From Spirochaetia bacterium (GTDB taxonomy: Bacteria; Spirochaetota; Spirochaetia; SZUA-6; Bin103): a stretch of 64,000 nt of DNA. A program made the translations under genes and the position numbers. The notes beneath the pieces were generated by a model. The model had not been told where the DNA came from and made no database searches. It saw only the letters and a program-made list of their open reading frames with translations. The stretch is taken from contig CBDATQ010000002.1 in assembly GCA_965199955.1 (NCBI GenBank), forward strand, positions 480,001 to 544,000, read 5' to 3'. Below are positions 31,300-41,304 of the stretch, piece after piece. Every line of letters begins with the position of its first letter. Within the stretch, counting starts at the first letter, position 1.

Positions 31300-32762
31300 A
31301 TGAGCCGCTCATGGGAGCGAATCACCGATTACACGAACCATCCTGCGGATCTTGCCAACCGGGATTGAAGCACTTGGCGGAGGTCTGGAGTGAACAGCGT
31401 GCTTCTCTGGAGACGGAAGGTCCGTTCATTCGGTTCAACGAAAGACTCAAACGAGAATGGGCCATCGAAACAGGATTGATCGAGCGCCTGTACGTTCTCG
31501 ATCGAGGGGTAACCAGACTCCTGATCGAACAAGGAATAGATGCTGCTCTGATTTCCCATTCCAGCAATCAGAACGCCAAGTCAGTCACGTCCATGATCAT
31601 CGACCATCAGGCCGTCGTAGATGGAATCTTCATGTTCGTGAAGGGCGATCGTCCGCTTTCCACGAGCTATATCAAGGAAATTAACGCCCTGATGACTCGT
31701 AGCCAGGAGACCGTCGAAGCGTTCGATGCAATGGGATCGATCGCAAATGTCGATCTGATTCGAGGCGACTACAAGCGCTTGCCCAACAATCCAACCAAGC
31801 TCGACGGAAGCGTCCATCAGTACTGTCCTCCGGAGCATGTAGCTTCGGAAATGGACCGGCTCATGGAGATGCATCTCGCTCACCGGGACTCGCCTCCGGA
31901 GGTGGAAGCCGCTTGGCTGCATCACCGATTCGTCCAGATTCATCCGTTTCAGGACGGGAATGGACGGATCGCCAGAGCGCTCTCCACTCTGATATTCGTC
32001 AAGGCTGGCTGGTTTCCCCTGGTCGTTCGTGATCGAGATCGCGACCGGTACCTCGATTCCCTTCAAGCGGCGGACGCTGGCGATCTTTCTCCCGTCGTGG
32101 AGTATTTCGGCGACCTGCAGAAGGGCGAATTCATCAAGGCTCTGAGCATCGCTCGTGACGTCATGAGCTCCGTCCGGGCGGAGGATGCGATCAAGGCGGT
32201 TCGTCGTCAAATGGTGCGACGCCGGGACGCCCTTACCCAGGAATGGCAGCAGGCGCGAGACATCGCACGCCAACTTTGCGATTCCGCGAAGCGACGGTTA
32301 GAGGAAGTCCGTGACGAATTAAGGCGAGAGATGGAACCTTTGCTGAGAGGCGCGACCTTCTTCGTCGACGACGCCGAAGATCATAATGAAAGAAGCCACT
32401 ATTTTCGATCTCAGATCGTGGAGGCAGCAAGGAGGCTGGACTACTTCGCAAATATGGAGACGTACCGGTCATGGACGCGCTTGGTCATTAGAAGCGCAGA
32501 CCATGACCAGAGCGAGCTGCTGGTTGCGTTTCATGGTATAGGTCAAGAGTTCCAGGGAGTCCTCGCCTGTTCTGCGATCTGCTTTCAGCGCGTCGCTACA
32601 GGCGTGGGCGAACGGCAAGTGGCTTCCGTGGAACCTGTCTCGGAGGATGTATTCCAGATCAACTACAAGGAGCCCTTCGCCGAGGCCGAGCCGCGATTCA
32701 TGCCTTGGATCGAGCGAAGTCTGATCCGGGCTCTGGACCTCTGGCAATCGACGGTGCTCTGA
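31300..32762 (+). CDS. Fic family protein, probable frameshift near 31362 (alternative start 31311)
   Basis: Canonical HPFQDGNGRIAR; lower GC; out-of-frame N-terminus MSRSWERITDYTNHPADLAN joins LKHLAEVW with one base added. Confidence 0.85.
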
Positions 32763-32879
32763 CGGGCTCAGTTGTGGCGAGGAATAAGACCATGAGTGCG
32801 GCGGTGTTCGGGATGTCGGTGCGGGCCGATCGCTACTGACCATGCGCTTGGAACGCGCGGCAGCCGCCGAGGGAACGGC

Positions 32880-34148
32880 ATGAGCCGGCCGATCACCGTG
32901 GGCGTGGTCGGCGTGAGCCGCGGCCGGACGTTCGCGCGCGGGTCGGAGGCCGCGACCGGGCTGCGCCTGGTGGCGCTCTGCGACACCTGGGAGGAGCGGC
33001 TGGAGCAGGAGCGCCGCGAGCTCGCGGCGCGCGGAACGGCGGTGACGATCTATACCGACTACGACCGGTTTCTCCGGCACGACATGGACGCGGTCGTGCT
33101 GGCCAACCACTTCCACGAGCACGCTCCGTTCGCGATTCAAGCGCTGCGCTCGGGACGCCACGTGATGAGCGAGTGCGCGGCGTGCCACACGCCCGCCGAG
33201 GGCGTGGCGCTCATCCGCGCGGTCGAGGAGACCGGCAGGATCTACCTGTTCGCCGAGAACTACCCCTACATGGCCTACAACCAGGAGATGCGCAGGCTGT
33301 ACCGCGAGGGCACCGTCGGCACCTTCCTGTACGGCGAGGGCGAGTACGTGCACCCGGACAGCGCGCGCACCAAGGCGGGACGAAGCTTCGGGATGGACCA
33401 CTGGCGCAACTGGATACCGGCGACCTACTACTGCACGCACTCGCTGGCGCCGGTCATGTACATCACCGACACCCGCCCGGTGAAGGTCAACGGCTTCGTG
33501 GTGCCGTACTCGGCCGAAGACCCGACGCAGGCCATGCACGTGCGCCGCAGCGATACCGCCGGGCTCATCATCTGCCGCATGGATGACGACGCGGTGGTCA
33601 AGTCCCTGCACGGCGGGTTGCGCGGGCACCAGAACTTCGTGCGCATCCACGGCACCGGCGGGCTGATGGAGAACTGCCGTCACGGCGACCGCGCCGCCGT
33701 GCGCCTGCGGCGGGAGCCGTTCGACAAGCCGGCCGGCGCGCCGACGGAGACCGTGTACATGCCGGACTTCCCCGAGCACCACGACTTGGCCACGCGGGCC
33801 GGCCACGGCGGCGGCGACTTCTTCACCAGCTTCCTGTTCGCGCGCGCGATCCGCACCGGCACGCAGCCCTATCTGGACGTGTACCGCGGGGTGGAGATGA
33901 GCCTGGTCGGGGTGCTGGCCTGGCGCTCGGCGCTCGAGGACTCAAGGACCGTCATCGTGCCGAATCTGCGCGAGGAGTCCGAGCGGCACGCGTACGAGGA
34001 CGACCACTGGTCGCCCGATCCGGCGCGGGCGGGTCCGGGCCAGCCGCTGCCGAGCATCCTGGGCCACGTCGAGCCCTCGGATACTGCCAAGGAATTCGCC
34101 CGCGAGGTCTGGGCCGAGGCCGGCTACCGGGAGCCGGACGCCACGTGA
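32880..34148 (+). CDS. Gfo/Idh/MocA family oxidoreductase
   Basis: VGVVGV.RG, HVMSEC, ENY, EGEYVH, YCTHS, GHGGGDF. Confidence 0.88.
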   Translation: MSRPITVGVVGVSRGRTFARGSEAATGLRLVALCDTWEERLEQERRELAARGTAVTIYTDYDRFLRHDMDAVVLANHFHEHAPFAIQALRSGRHVMSECAACHTPAEGVALIRAVEETGRIYLFAENYPYMAYNQEMRRLYREGTVGTFLYGEGEYVHPDSARTKAGRSFGMDHWRNWIPATYYCTHSLAPVMYITDTRPVKVNGFVVPYSAEDPTQAMHVRRSDTAGLIICRMDDDAVVKSLHGGLRGHQNFVRIHGTGGLMENCRHGDRAAVRLRREPFDKPAGAPTETVYMPDFPEHHDLATRAGHGGGDFFTSFLFARAIRTGTQPYLDVYRGVEMSLVGVLAWRSALEDSRTVIVPNLREESERHAYEDDHWSPDPARAGPGQPLPSILGHVEPSDTAKEFAREVWAEAGYREPDAT

Positions 34149-35392
34149 GCGCAGAGCTCAACGGAGTCGCGTACCAGGTTCCGGACGCTCCGGTCGCCGT
34201 GGTGTGCGTCGACGGCGGCGACCCGGAATACTTCGAGGCGGCACGGGCGGCCGGGTGCATTCCCACCGTCTCCCGCTTCATGAGTACCGGCTTCAGCGGT
34301 ATCGCGCACTGCGGCATCCCCAGCTTCACCTGCCCCAACAACATGTCGATCGCCACCGGCGCGCCGCCGAGGGTCCACGGCATCTCCGGCAACTTCTATC
34401 TCGACCGCGCGACCGGCCAGGCCGTGGTCATGACCGGCCCGGAGCTGATGCGGTCGCGCACCGTGTTCGACGTGCTCTCGAAGGCCGGCGCCCGGACCGT
34501 GGTGGTCACCGCCAAGGACAAGCTCCGCACCCAGCTCGGCAAGGGCCTGGAAGTCGCCGCCGGCAACGTCTGTTTCTCCTCCCAGCACGCCGACCGCTGC
34601 ACCGGCGCCGACAACGGCATCGTCGACGCCCTCGGCTTCGTCGGACAGCCGCTTCCCGACATGTACTCGGAGGAACTGTCGCTGTTCGTGCTCGACGCCG
34701 GCATCCGCTTCCTGGAGCGGGATGATCCGCCGGCGCTCCTGTACCTGTCGCTGACCGACTACGTGCAGCACAAGTACGCCCCCGAGCATCCCGCCGCGCT
34801 CGCCTTCCATGCGGCGCTGGATCGACGATTCGCGCGGCTGCAGGAGCTGGGCGCCACTGTCGCCCTGACCGCCGACCACGGCATGAAGGACAAGTGCGCG
34901 GCCGACGGCAGCTACAACATCGTCTACCTGCAGGATCTCCTGGACGAGCGCTTCGGCGCGGGCCGCACCCGGGTGATCTGCCCGATCACCGACGCGTTCG
35001 TCGGCCATCATGGATCGCTCGGCGGCTTCGTGCGGGTTTACTGCTTCGGCGGCGTGGAGGCGCGCGCGGTGGCCGACTTCATCCGCCCGCTCGATGGGAT
35101 CGAAGAGGTGCTGGAACGCGAGCAGGCGGCGCGGCGGTTCGATCTCCCCGCAGACGTGGAGGGGGACGTGGCGGTGATCTCCACGGCCGACTACTGTGTC
35201 GGCATGGGGCGCGCCGATCACGACCTGGCCGACCTGCACGGCGAGCGGCTGCGCTCCCACGGCGGACTGTCCGAGCGCGACGTGCCGTTCATCCTGAGCC
35301 GGCCGCTGAACGCCGGCTACCGCGCGCGGGCGCAGTCGGAGCGACTGATGAACCACCAGGTTCTCGACTACGCCATCAACGGCACCGGGTGA
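34145..35392 (+). CDS. phnA: Phosphonoacetate hydrolase
   Basis: VVCVDG, PSFT(C)PNN.SIATG.PP..HGISGN, VTAKDKLR, YLSLTDYVQHKYAP, TADHGMK, RVICPITD, LRSHGG. Confidence 0.92.
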   Translation: MSAELNGVAYQVPDAPVAVVCVDGGDPEYFEAARAAGCIPTVSRFMSTGFSGIAHCGIPSFTCPNNMSIATGAPPRVHGISGNFYLDRATGQAVVMTGPELMRSRTVFDVLSKAGARTVVVTAKDKLRTQLGKGLEVAAGNVCFSSQHADRCTGADNGIVDALGFVGQPLPDMYSEELSLFVLDAGIRFLERDDPPALLYLSLTDYVQHKYAPEHPAALAFHAALDRRFARLQELGATVALTADHGMKDKCAADGSYNIVYLQDLLDERFGAGRTRVICPITDAFVGHHGSLGGFVRVYCFGGVEARAVADFIRPLDGIEEVLEREQAARRFDLPADVEGDVAVISTADYCVGMGRADHDLADLHGERLRSHGGLSERDVPFILSRPLNAGYRARAQSERLMNHQVLDYAINGTG

Positions 35393-35402
35393 GGACTCGC
35401 CC

Positions 35403-36500
35403 GTGGCACCACGCACGGCCCGCGCCGCCGTCTACGACGCTCCCAACACACCGTTCGTCGTGCGCCGCTATCCGCTGCGCGACGCGCGCCGTGACGAGGT
35501 GCTGGTGCGGGTCACCATGTCGACCATCTGCCGCTCGGACATCCATTCCTACCACGGCCACCGTCCCAACCCGTGCCCGGGGATCCTCGGCCACGAGATC
35601 ATCGGCGTCATCGATCAGCTTGGCGAGGACATAGAGACCGACCTGCGCGGCGATCCCGTCGCGGTCGGCGACCGGATCACCTGGACCGAGTACTTCCACC
35701 ACGGCCCCTCCTACTACCGGGAGGTGCACGACCTGCCGCAGAAGTCGGCGGGGGTGAGGAAGTACGGCCACGATCTGGTAGGCGACGACCCCCATTTCCT
35801 GGGCGGCTTCGCCGAGTACTGCTACGTCCTGCCCGGCACCGCCATCCTGAAGCTCCCGGAGGACCTGAGCGACGAGGAGGCGACCCCGGTCAACTGCGGC
35901 GTCGCCACCGTCGTCGCGATCACGGAGGCGACGCGGATCGGGATGGGCGACGTCGTGGCCGTCCAGGGACTGGGTCTGCTGGGGCTGTACGCGTGCGCGA
36001 TCGCCAGGACGCGCGGCGCCAGGCGAGTGATCGGCCTGGACGCAGTCGACGACCGTCTCGAGGCGGCCAGGCAGTTCGGCGCGGACACCGTGATCGATGT
36101 CTCCGGCCGCGGCTCGCAGGCGGTGGTGGCCGCGGTGCGCGAGCTGGCGCCGCCGGACGGCGTCGACGCCGTGATCGAGGTGTGCGGCGATGCCGCGGTG
36201 ATCCCGGACGGACTGGAGATGCTGCGCGTCGGCGGCCGCTACACGCTGGGCGGCATCGTCACCCCCGACGCCGACGTCACCATCGACGCCAACGTGCTGG
36301 TGAAGAAGTGGATCACCCTGCGCGGCGTCCACAACTACCACCCGCGGCACCTGATACAGGCGCTCGACTTCGTGGTCGCCAACCGGGACCGGTTTCCGTT
36401 CAAGCGGATTGTCGACGCCAGGTTCGGGCTCGACGAGCTCGACGAGGCGTTCCGCAAGGCGTCGGAGCGCACGGTGCTGCGCGCCGCGGTCGTGCCCTGA
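35403..36500 (+). CDS. Zinc-binding (MDR) alcohol dehydrogenase, phosphonate-catabolism-associated type
   Basis: ICRSDIH, ILGHE, LPQK....KYGH, GGFAEY, PVNCGVATV, GLGLLG, RGVHNY. Confidence 0.85.
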   Translation: MAPRTARAAVYDAPNTPFVVRRYPLRDARRDEVLVRVTMSTICRSDIHSYHGHRPNPCPGILGHEIIGVIDQLGEDIETDLRGDPVAVGDRITWTEYFHHGPSYYREVHDLPQKSAGVRKYGHDLVGDDPHFLGGFAEYCYVLPGTAILKLPEDLSDEEATPVNCGVATVVAITEATRIGMGDVVAVQGLGLLGLYACAIARTRGARRVIGLDAVDDRLEAARQFGADTVIDVSGRGSQAVVAAVRELAPPDGVDAVIEVCGDAAVIPDGLEMLRVGGRYTLGGIVTPDADVTIDANVLVKKWITLRGVHNYHPRHLIQALDFVVANRDRFPFKRIVDARFGLDELDEAFRKASERTVLRAAVVP

Positions 36501-37951
36501 TGCAAACGCCCGACCTGGCGTTCGAGCCGCGGGGACTGTTCGTCGGCGGCGAATGGATCGCCGCCCGGTCGGGGCGGACCATCACCAGCATCAATCCCGC
36601 CAACGGTGAGCTGCTGGGCTCGGTGCCGCTGGCCGACGAGCACGACGTTGACCGGACGGTGGCCGCCGCCAGGGACGCGTTCCCGGCGTGGGCGGCGCTG
36701 CCGGTGACGCGCCGGGCGGACTGCCTTCGGCGGCTGGCCGATGCCGTCGAGGGCAACGCCGGCTCCCTGGCGCTGATGGACGCGGTGGACAGCGGCAATG
36801 CCATCTCCGGCATGCGGGGCGACATGACCTGGACGGCCGACGCCCTGCGCTACTTTGCCGGGCTGGTCACCGAGATGAAGGGCCAGACCATGTCGCGCGA
36901 GCAGGGCCACCTCAACCTGACCCTGCGTCAGCCGTATGGCGTGGTCGCCCGGATCAACCCGTTCAACCATCCGTTCCGCTTCTGCGCCGAAAAGGCGGCC
37001 TCCGCGCTGGCCGCCGGCAACACCGTCGTGATCAAGGGTCCGGAACAGGCGCCGCTGTCGAGCCTGAAGCTGGGCGAGCTGTGCGCGGAGATCTTCCCGC
37101 CTGGGGTGGTGAACATCGTGACCGGAGACGGCGCCACCGGATCCGCCTTGGTGCGCCACCCGGACGTGGCGCGGGTCGGCTTCGTCGGCTCGGTGGAGAC
37201 CGGGCGCATCGTCGCCCGCGAGGCTGCCGAGAGCCTCAAGGAGGTCACCCTGGAGCTCGGCGGCAAGAACCCGATCGTCATCTTTCCCGACGCCGACCCG
37301 GCCAAGGCGGCGGCGCAGGCGGTAGCGGCGATGAACATGAACCGCCAGGGGCAGTCGTGCTCCTCCACCTCGCGGGTGCTCGTGCACCGCTCGCTGCACG
37401 AGCGCGTGAGCGCCGAGCTGGTCAAGGCCGCGTCCGCGATTCCGATCGGCCTGCCGTGGCTGGAGGACGCCGAGATGGGGCCGATCGTGTCGCGGCCGCA
37501 GTACGAGCGGGTGCTCCGGTACGTCGCCTCCGGCCGGGAAGAGGGCGCCGAGCTGCTGACCGGCGGCGGCCCGCCGTCCGCTCCGGAGCTCGCTGGCGGC
37601 TTCTTCATCAAGCCCACCGTGTTCGACCGCGTACGGCCCGAGATGCGTATCGGCAGCGAGGAGATCTTCGGTCCGGTGATGGCGATCATGAGCTGGTCCG
37701 ACTTCGACGAGATGATCGAGGTCGCCAACGGCGTGATGTATGGCCTGACGGCGTCGCTGGTCACCAACGACTTCGGCGCCGCGATGCGCGCGGCCGAGCG
37801 GTTGCAGGCGGGCTACGTGTGGATCAACTCCTCGGGCCGCTACCTCGGCGCGCCTTACGGCGGCTGGAAGCAGAGCGGGATCGGCAAGGAGGAGTCGTTC
37901 GAGGAGTTGCTGAGCCACACGCGCGTCAAGAACATCAACATGCGCTGGTAG
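36500..37951 (+). CDS. NAD-dependent aldehyde dehydrogenase
   Basis: INPFNHP, FVGSVETG, LELGGKNP, QGQSCSS (catalytic Cys), EEIFGPV, PYGGWKQSGIG. Confidence 0.93.
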   Translation: MQTPDLAFEPRGLFVGGEWIAARSGRTITSINPANGELLGSVPLADEHDVDRTVAAARDAFPAWAALPVTRRADCLRRLADAVEGNAGSLALMDAVDSGNAISGMRGDMTWTADALRYFAGLVTEMKGQTMSREQGHLNLTLRQPYGVVARINPFNHPFRFCAEKAASALAAGNTVVIKGPEQAPLSSLKLGELCAEIFPPGVVNIVTGDGATGSALVRHPDVARVGFVGSVETGRIVAREAAESLKEVTLELGGKNPIVIFPDADPAKAAAQAVAAMNMNRQGQSCSSTSRVLVHRSLHERVSAELVKAASAIPIGLPWLEDAEMGPIVSRPQYERVLRYVASGREEGAELLTGGGPPSAPELAGGFFIKPTVFDRVRPEMRIGSEEIFGPVMAIMSWSDFDEMIEVANGVMYGLTASLVTNDFGAAMRAAERLQAGYVWINSSGRYLGAPYGGWKQSGIGKEESFEELLSHTRVKNINMRW

Positions 37952-37981
37952 CTGCGTGAGCCGCGCAATGGGAGCAAACTG

Positions 37982-39172
37982 ATGGGAATCAGCGTCGCGA
38001 TGGTCGGGACCGGGGCGTTCGCGCAGGGGTTCATCCCGCTGTTCAAGGCGCACCCGCTGGTCGAGCGGATCGCTCTCTGCGATCTGGACGCCGAGAAGCT
38101 CGAGGACAACAAGGCCCGCCACGGGATCGCCGAGTCGTTCCCGTCTCTGGACGAGGTGTGTACCTCCGACTTCGATGCCGCCGTCATCATCACGCAGCCG
38201 TGGTTGCACGGCCCGCAGGCGGTGCAGGCGCTGCGGGCGGGCAAGCACGCCTGGTCGGCGGTGCCGGCGGGACGGACGCTCGACGAGTGCCGGGCGCTGG
38301 TGCAGGCGGTGGAGGAGACCGGCCGCATCTACATGATGGCGGAGACCAGCTACTACTACCCGGCGGTCATCTACTGCCGCCGGCGCCATGCCGAGGGGGC
38401 GTTCGGCAGCATCGTCTACTCCGAGTGCGAGTACTACCACGACTGGGACCACGGGCTGTACGAGGTGGCCCGCTGGCGGGGCGGGGAACGCTGGCGCTGG
38501 AGCGCCGGCGCGCCGCCCATGTACTATCCGACCCACTCCACCAGCCAGATCATGTCGGTGACCGGGGCGCGCATGACGCGCGTCTCCTGCCAGGGATTCG
38601 TCGACCACCACTCCGACGCCGTGTACGAGGCGGCCAACAACGAGTACGGCAACACCTTCAGCAACGAGGTCGCGCTGTTCGCGATGTCGGACGGCAGCGC
38701 CTGCCGGGTGAACGAGTTCCGGCGCATCGGCCACCCCGGAGCGGTACGGATGAGCCTGTTCGGGACCGAGGGCTCGTTCGAGGAGGCCGTGGGCTCGCAG
38801 CGGTTCCTGGCCAAGAGCATGGACGACGTGGTGGACGTCTCCGATCTGTTGACCTGCCGCACGGAGCCGGCCGATGCCGACCGCGGCGAGATGGGGGCCG
38901 TGACGTCGCGCGACGGGACGCACCTGGGCTCCGCGCGCATCCACCCGGTGGAGCGGCTGCCGCGCGAGTTCGCCGGGCTGCCCAACGGCCACGCCGGCGC
39001 CCACCAGTTCCTGGTCGACGACTTCGTCCGCTCCTGCCACGAAGGGACGCAGCCGCCCAACCACGTGTGGAACGCCGCCGCCTACACGGTGCCGGGCATC
39101 GTCGCCCACGAGTCGGCGCTCCGTGGCGGCGAGCTGCTCGACATCCCGGAGCTGGGGACGCCGCCCGAGTGA
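37982..39172 (+). CDS. Gfo/Idh/MocA family oxidoreductase
   Basis: MVGTGAFAQGF, GKHAWSAVP, YMMAETSYY, YPTHS, NGHAGAHQF. Confidence 0.88.
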   Translation: MGISVAMVGTGAFAQGFIPLFKAHPLVERIALCDLDAEKLEDNKARHGIAESFPSLDEVCTSDFDAAVIITQPWLHGPQAVQALRAGKHAWSAVPAGRTLDECRALVQAVEETGRIYMMAETSYYYPAVIYCRRRHAEGAFGSIVYSECEYYHDWDHGLYEVARWRGGERWRWSAGAPPMYYPTHSTSQIMSVTGARMTRVSCQGFVDHHSDAVYEAANNEYGNTFSNEVALFAMSDGSACRVNEFRRIGHPGAVRMSLFGTEGSFEEAVGSQRFLAKSMDDVVDVSDLLTCRTEPADADRGEMGAVTSRDGTHLGSARIHPVERLPREFAGLPNGHAGAHQFLVDDFVRSCHEGTQPPNHVWNAAAYTVPGIVAHESALRGGELLDIPELGTPPE

Positions 39173-39451
39173 TGAAGGCAGTATCGGATATGGCTCTCGT
39201 TGGACGAGTTTCAGGAAGTCATGACTGCACTCGTGCCCGAGTTGATTGCTGCCCATCACGGTGAGGAGGAACTGATGTACCACGAGACAGAGCGCGCATG
39301 GGAGTATGAAAAGAAGGCGGCGTATGGCGAACAACTACTACAGGAGAGTGGTCAGGTTGATTAGAGGAAACTGGATTTGAACGTCTTCCGAAGAGCCAGC
39401 AACCCTCTGGAAGTCATGAAATATGGAAGAACTCTTTCGGAAGGATTTCCT

Positions 39452-39708
39452 CGTGCTGGTACACCTTCGTGATGGAGAACGTCGGCAGCAACGCGGAACC
39501 TCGGTTCGACCGCCCGCGGCCGATCCGGGACGAGCGGGGAACGCCGGTCAAGGTCTCCCAGCACGAGAGCCACGTGACCGCCTGCGACTGGGACGGCGAC
39601 GGCACCCCCGACCTGATCGTGGGCGGCGAATCGGGCGGGCTTTACGTCTTTCACCACGACTGGGTGAGCGGCATCTACCACCGGGCGGAGGTCGCGGGAA
39701 GCGCGTGA
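39452..39708 (+). pseudogene. C-terminal fragment of an FG-GAP/VCBS repeat protein
   Basis: ENVGSNAEPRF...CDWDGDGTPDLIVGGESG; preceded by about 280 bp of lower-GC unrelated DNA. Confidence 0.7.
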
Positions 39709-40847
39709 TGGGGCCGATCGAGGTCGTCGGCGAGGTTGCCGTAGCCGCCGGCCCCGTAGCCGCCGGCCCCGGCGCCGCCCACCGGGCGTGGCCGTCGCTG
39801 GAGCGCACGGAAGACGGCGGCCTGGTGGTCGCCTACAAGGTCGGCCCCGACCACCACAAGACCGACGACGGCGTCGTCTGGGTGGCTCGCTCGGAGGACG
39901 GCGGGCTGACGTGGCCGTTCCGCCGGCCGGTGGTCGCCGAGCCGGGGTGGGACGTGTTCACCCATCACGGCCTGACCCGCCTGCGCGACGGCAGCCTGCT
40001 GCTGCACTGCGTGCGTGCCCGCCACCTCGGCGCCGAGGAAGCCGGAGACGCCGGGGAGGGCGCCTTCTTTGCGCGCGGCGCCTTCATCCGCTCGGAAGAC
40101 GGCGGCCGGACGTGGCTGCCGCACGGGCCGCCGCTCGAAATGCCGTTCATCAGCGCCACCGGCCGGGGGTTCTGCTACGGGAAGATCCAGGAGCTGGCCG
40201 GCGGCGCGCTGATCGTCCCGTTCTACGGCACACCGGCCGACCGTACCGACGAGCTGCAGCGGGTCCTGGCGATCGTCCGCTCCGACGACGGCGGCCGCTC
40301 GTGGCGGGAGTACTCGTTTGTCTCCGCGGACCCGTCCTCGCCCCTGCGGCCGAGCGAGACCGATCTGCTGCGGCTGGCCGACGGCCGGCTGCTGGCGGTG
40401 GTGCGAGCAAACGCCAGGAAACGGCTGTATTGCGCCTGGTCCGAGGACGACGGGCTCTCCTGGAGCGAGCTCGAGCCCACGCCGATGCCGGGCCAGTCGC
40501 CGGCGCTGCTCGCGCTGGAGTCCGGCGCCATCCTGTGCGCCTACCGCGTACGAACCGCGGAGGCGTTCGGCTTGGGCTGCGCGGTGAGCCGGGACGGCGG
40601 AGCGACCTGGCAGGTCCTGGGCAGCCTGTACGCCGGCGACAGTGGCGACTGCGCCTACCCGTCGATGGTGACGCTCCCCGACGGCACCGTCTATTGCGCG
40701 TTCTACACCAGCCCGCGCCCGACCGCCGACGGCCCCGACTCAGAGATCCGCGGACTCATCATCACCGACCCCACGGCGACGGTTTTGGGCGCTAACCGAA
40801 GTTCGCCAGCAGGTACTCCGCGATCGCGTCCTCGACGCTGCGGGTGA
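39708..40847 (+). CDS. BNR/Asp-box (exo-alpha-sialidase-like) beta-propeller protein
   Basis: Five S-x-D-x-G-x-T/S-W boxes (RSEDGGLTW, RSEDGGRTW, RSDDGGRSW, WSEDDGLSW, VSRDGGATW); YPS. Confidence 0.85.
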   Translation: MGPIEVVGEVAVAAGPVAAGPGAAHRAWPSLERTEDGGLVVAYKVGPDHHKTDDGVVWVARSEDGGLTWPFRRPVVAEPGWDVFTHHGLTRLRDGSLLLHCVRARHLGAEEAGDAGEGAFFARGAFIRSEDGGRTWLPHGPPLEMPFISATGRGFCYGKIQELAGGALIVPFYGTPADRTDELQRVLAIVRSDDGGRSWREYSFVSADPSSPLRPSETDLLRLADGRLLAVVRANARKRLYCAWSEDDGLSWSELEPTPMPGQSPALLALESGAILCAYRVRTAEAFGLGCAVSRDGGATWQVLGSLYAGDSGDCAYPSMVTLPDGTVYCAFYTSPRPTADGPDSEIRGLIITDPTATVLGANRSSPAGTPRSRPRRCG

Positions 40848-41304
40848 CGCTCTGCAGGATGAACGTGCGGCCGCCGACTCCGTAGCGGCCGAAATTCCAG
40901 TCGTACACCATCTCCGGCCGGTCGGTATCCCAGGGCGGACTGAAGTGTATCTCCTGACTGAAGACAAGCTCACCCTCGTCCGGCGCGAAGCAGGACACGA
41001 CGATCCGCAGGTGCAGCTCCACGAGCCCGTACTGGGACGTCGCCAGTGCGCCGCGCGCCATCGCAGCGTCCAGAACCCGCTCGACGTCCTCCTGCCCGAT
41101 CGGGCAGTCCAGGTCCACGAACACCCGGTACCCGAGCTCGTCGGGGTTCTCCTTGCGGATGGCCTCGTGCAGCCACGACGGTGCGTCGGCATGCACGCCG
41201 GCCGCCACGCAGAACAAGAGAGCCACGGGCGCGAGCCTGAGCGCAGTTGAGATCTTCACGGTCGAGAGCTTCTCCGTCTTCGGAAGACGAGGCAGCTTCA
41301 GCAT
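40792..41304 (-). CDS. Hypothetical exported protein
   Basis: Signal-like LRLAPVALLFCVAAGVHA; plausible codon usage; start uncertain. Confidence 0.5.
   Translation of the reverse strand: MLKLPRLPKTEKLSTVKISTALRLAPVALLFCVAAGVHADAPSWLHEAIRKENPDELGYRVFVDLDCPIGQEDVERVLDAAMARGALATSQYGLVELHLRIVVSCFAPDEGELVFSQEIHFSPPWDTDRPEMVYDWNFGRYGVGGRTFILQSVTRSVEDAIAEYLLANFG

Noticed and set aside
36335..39334. Very long antisense ORFs (also 9418-11343, 23028-24800, 47342-49681 and the 12353-14359 extension of the 968-aa ORF)
   Set aside because: Shadow ORFs expected at about 70% GC opposite well-supported genes; no recognisable motifs
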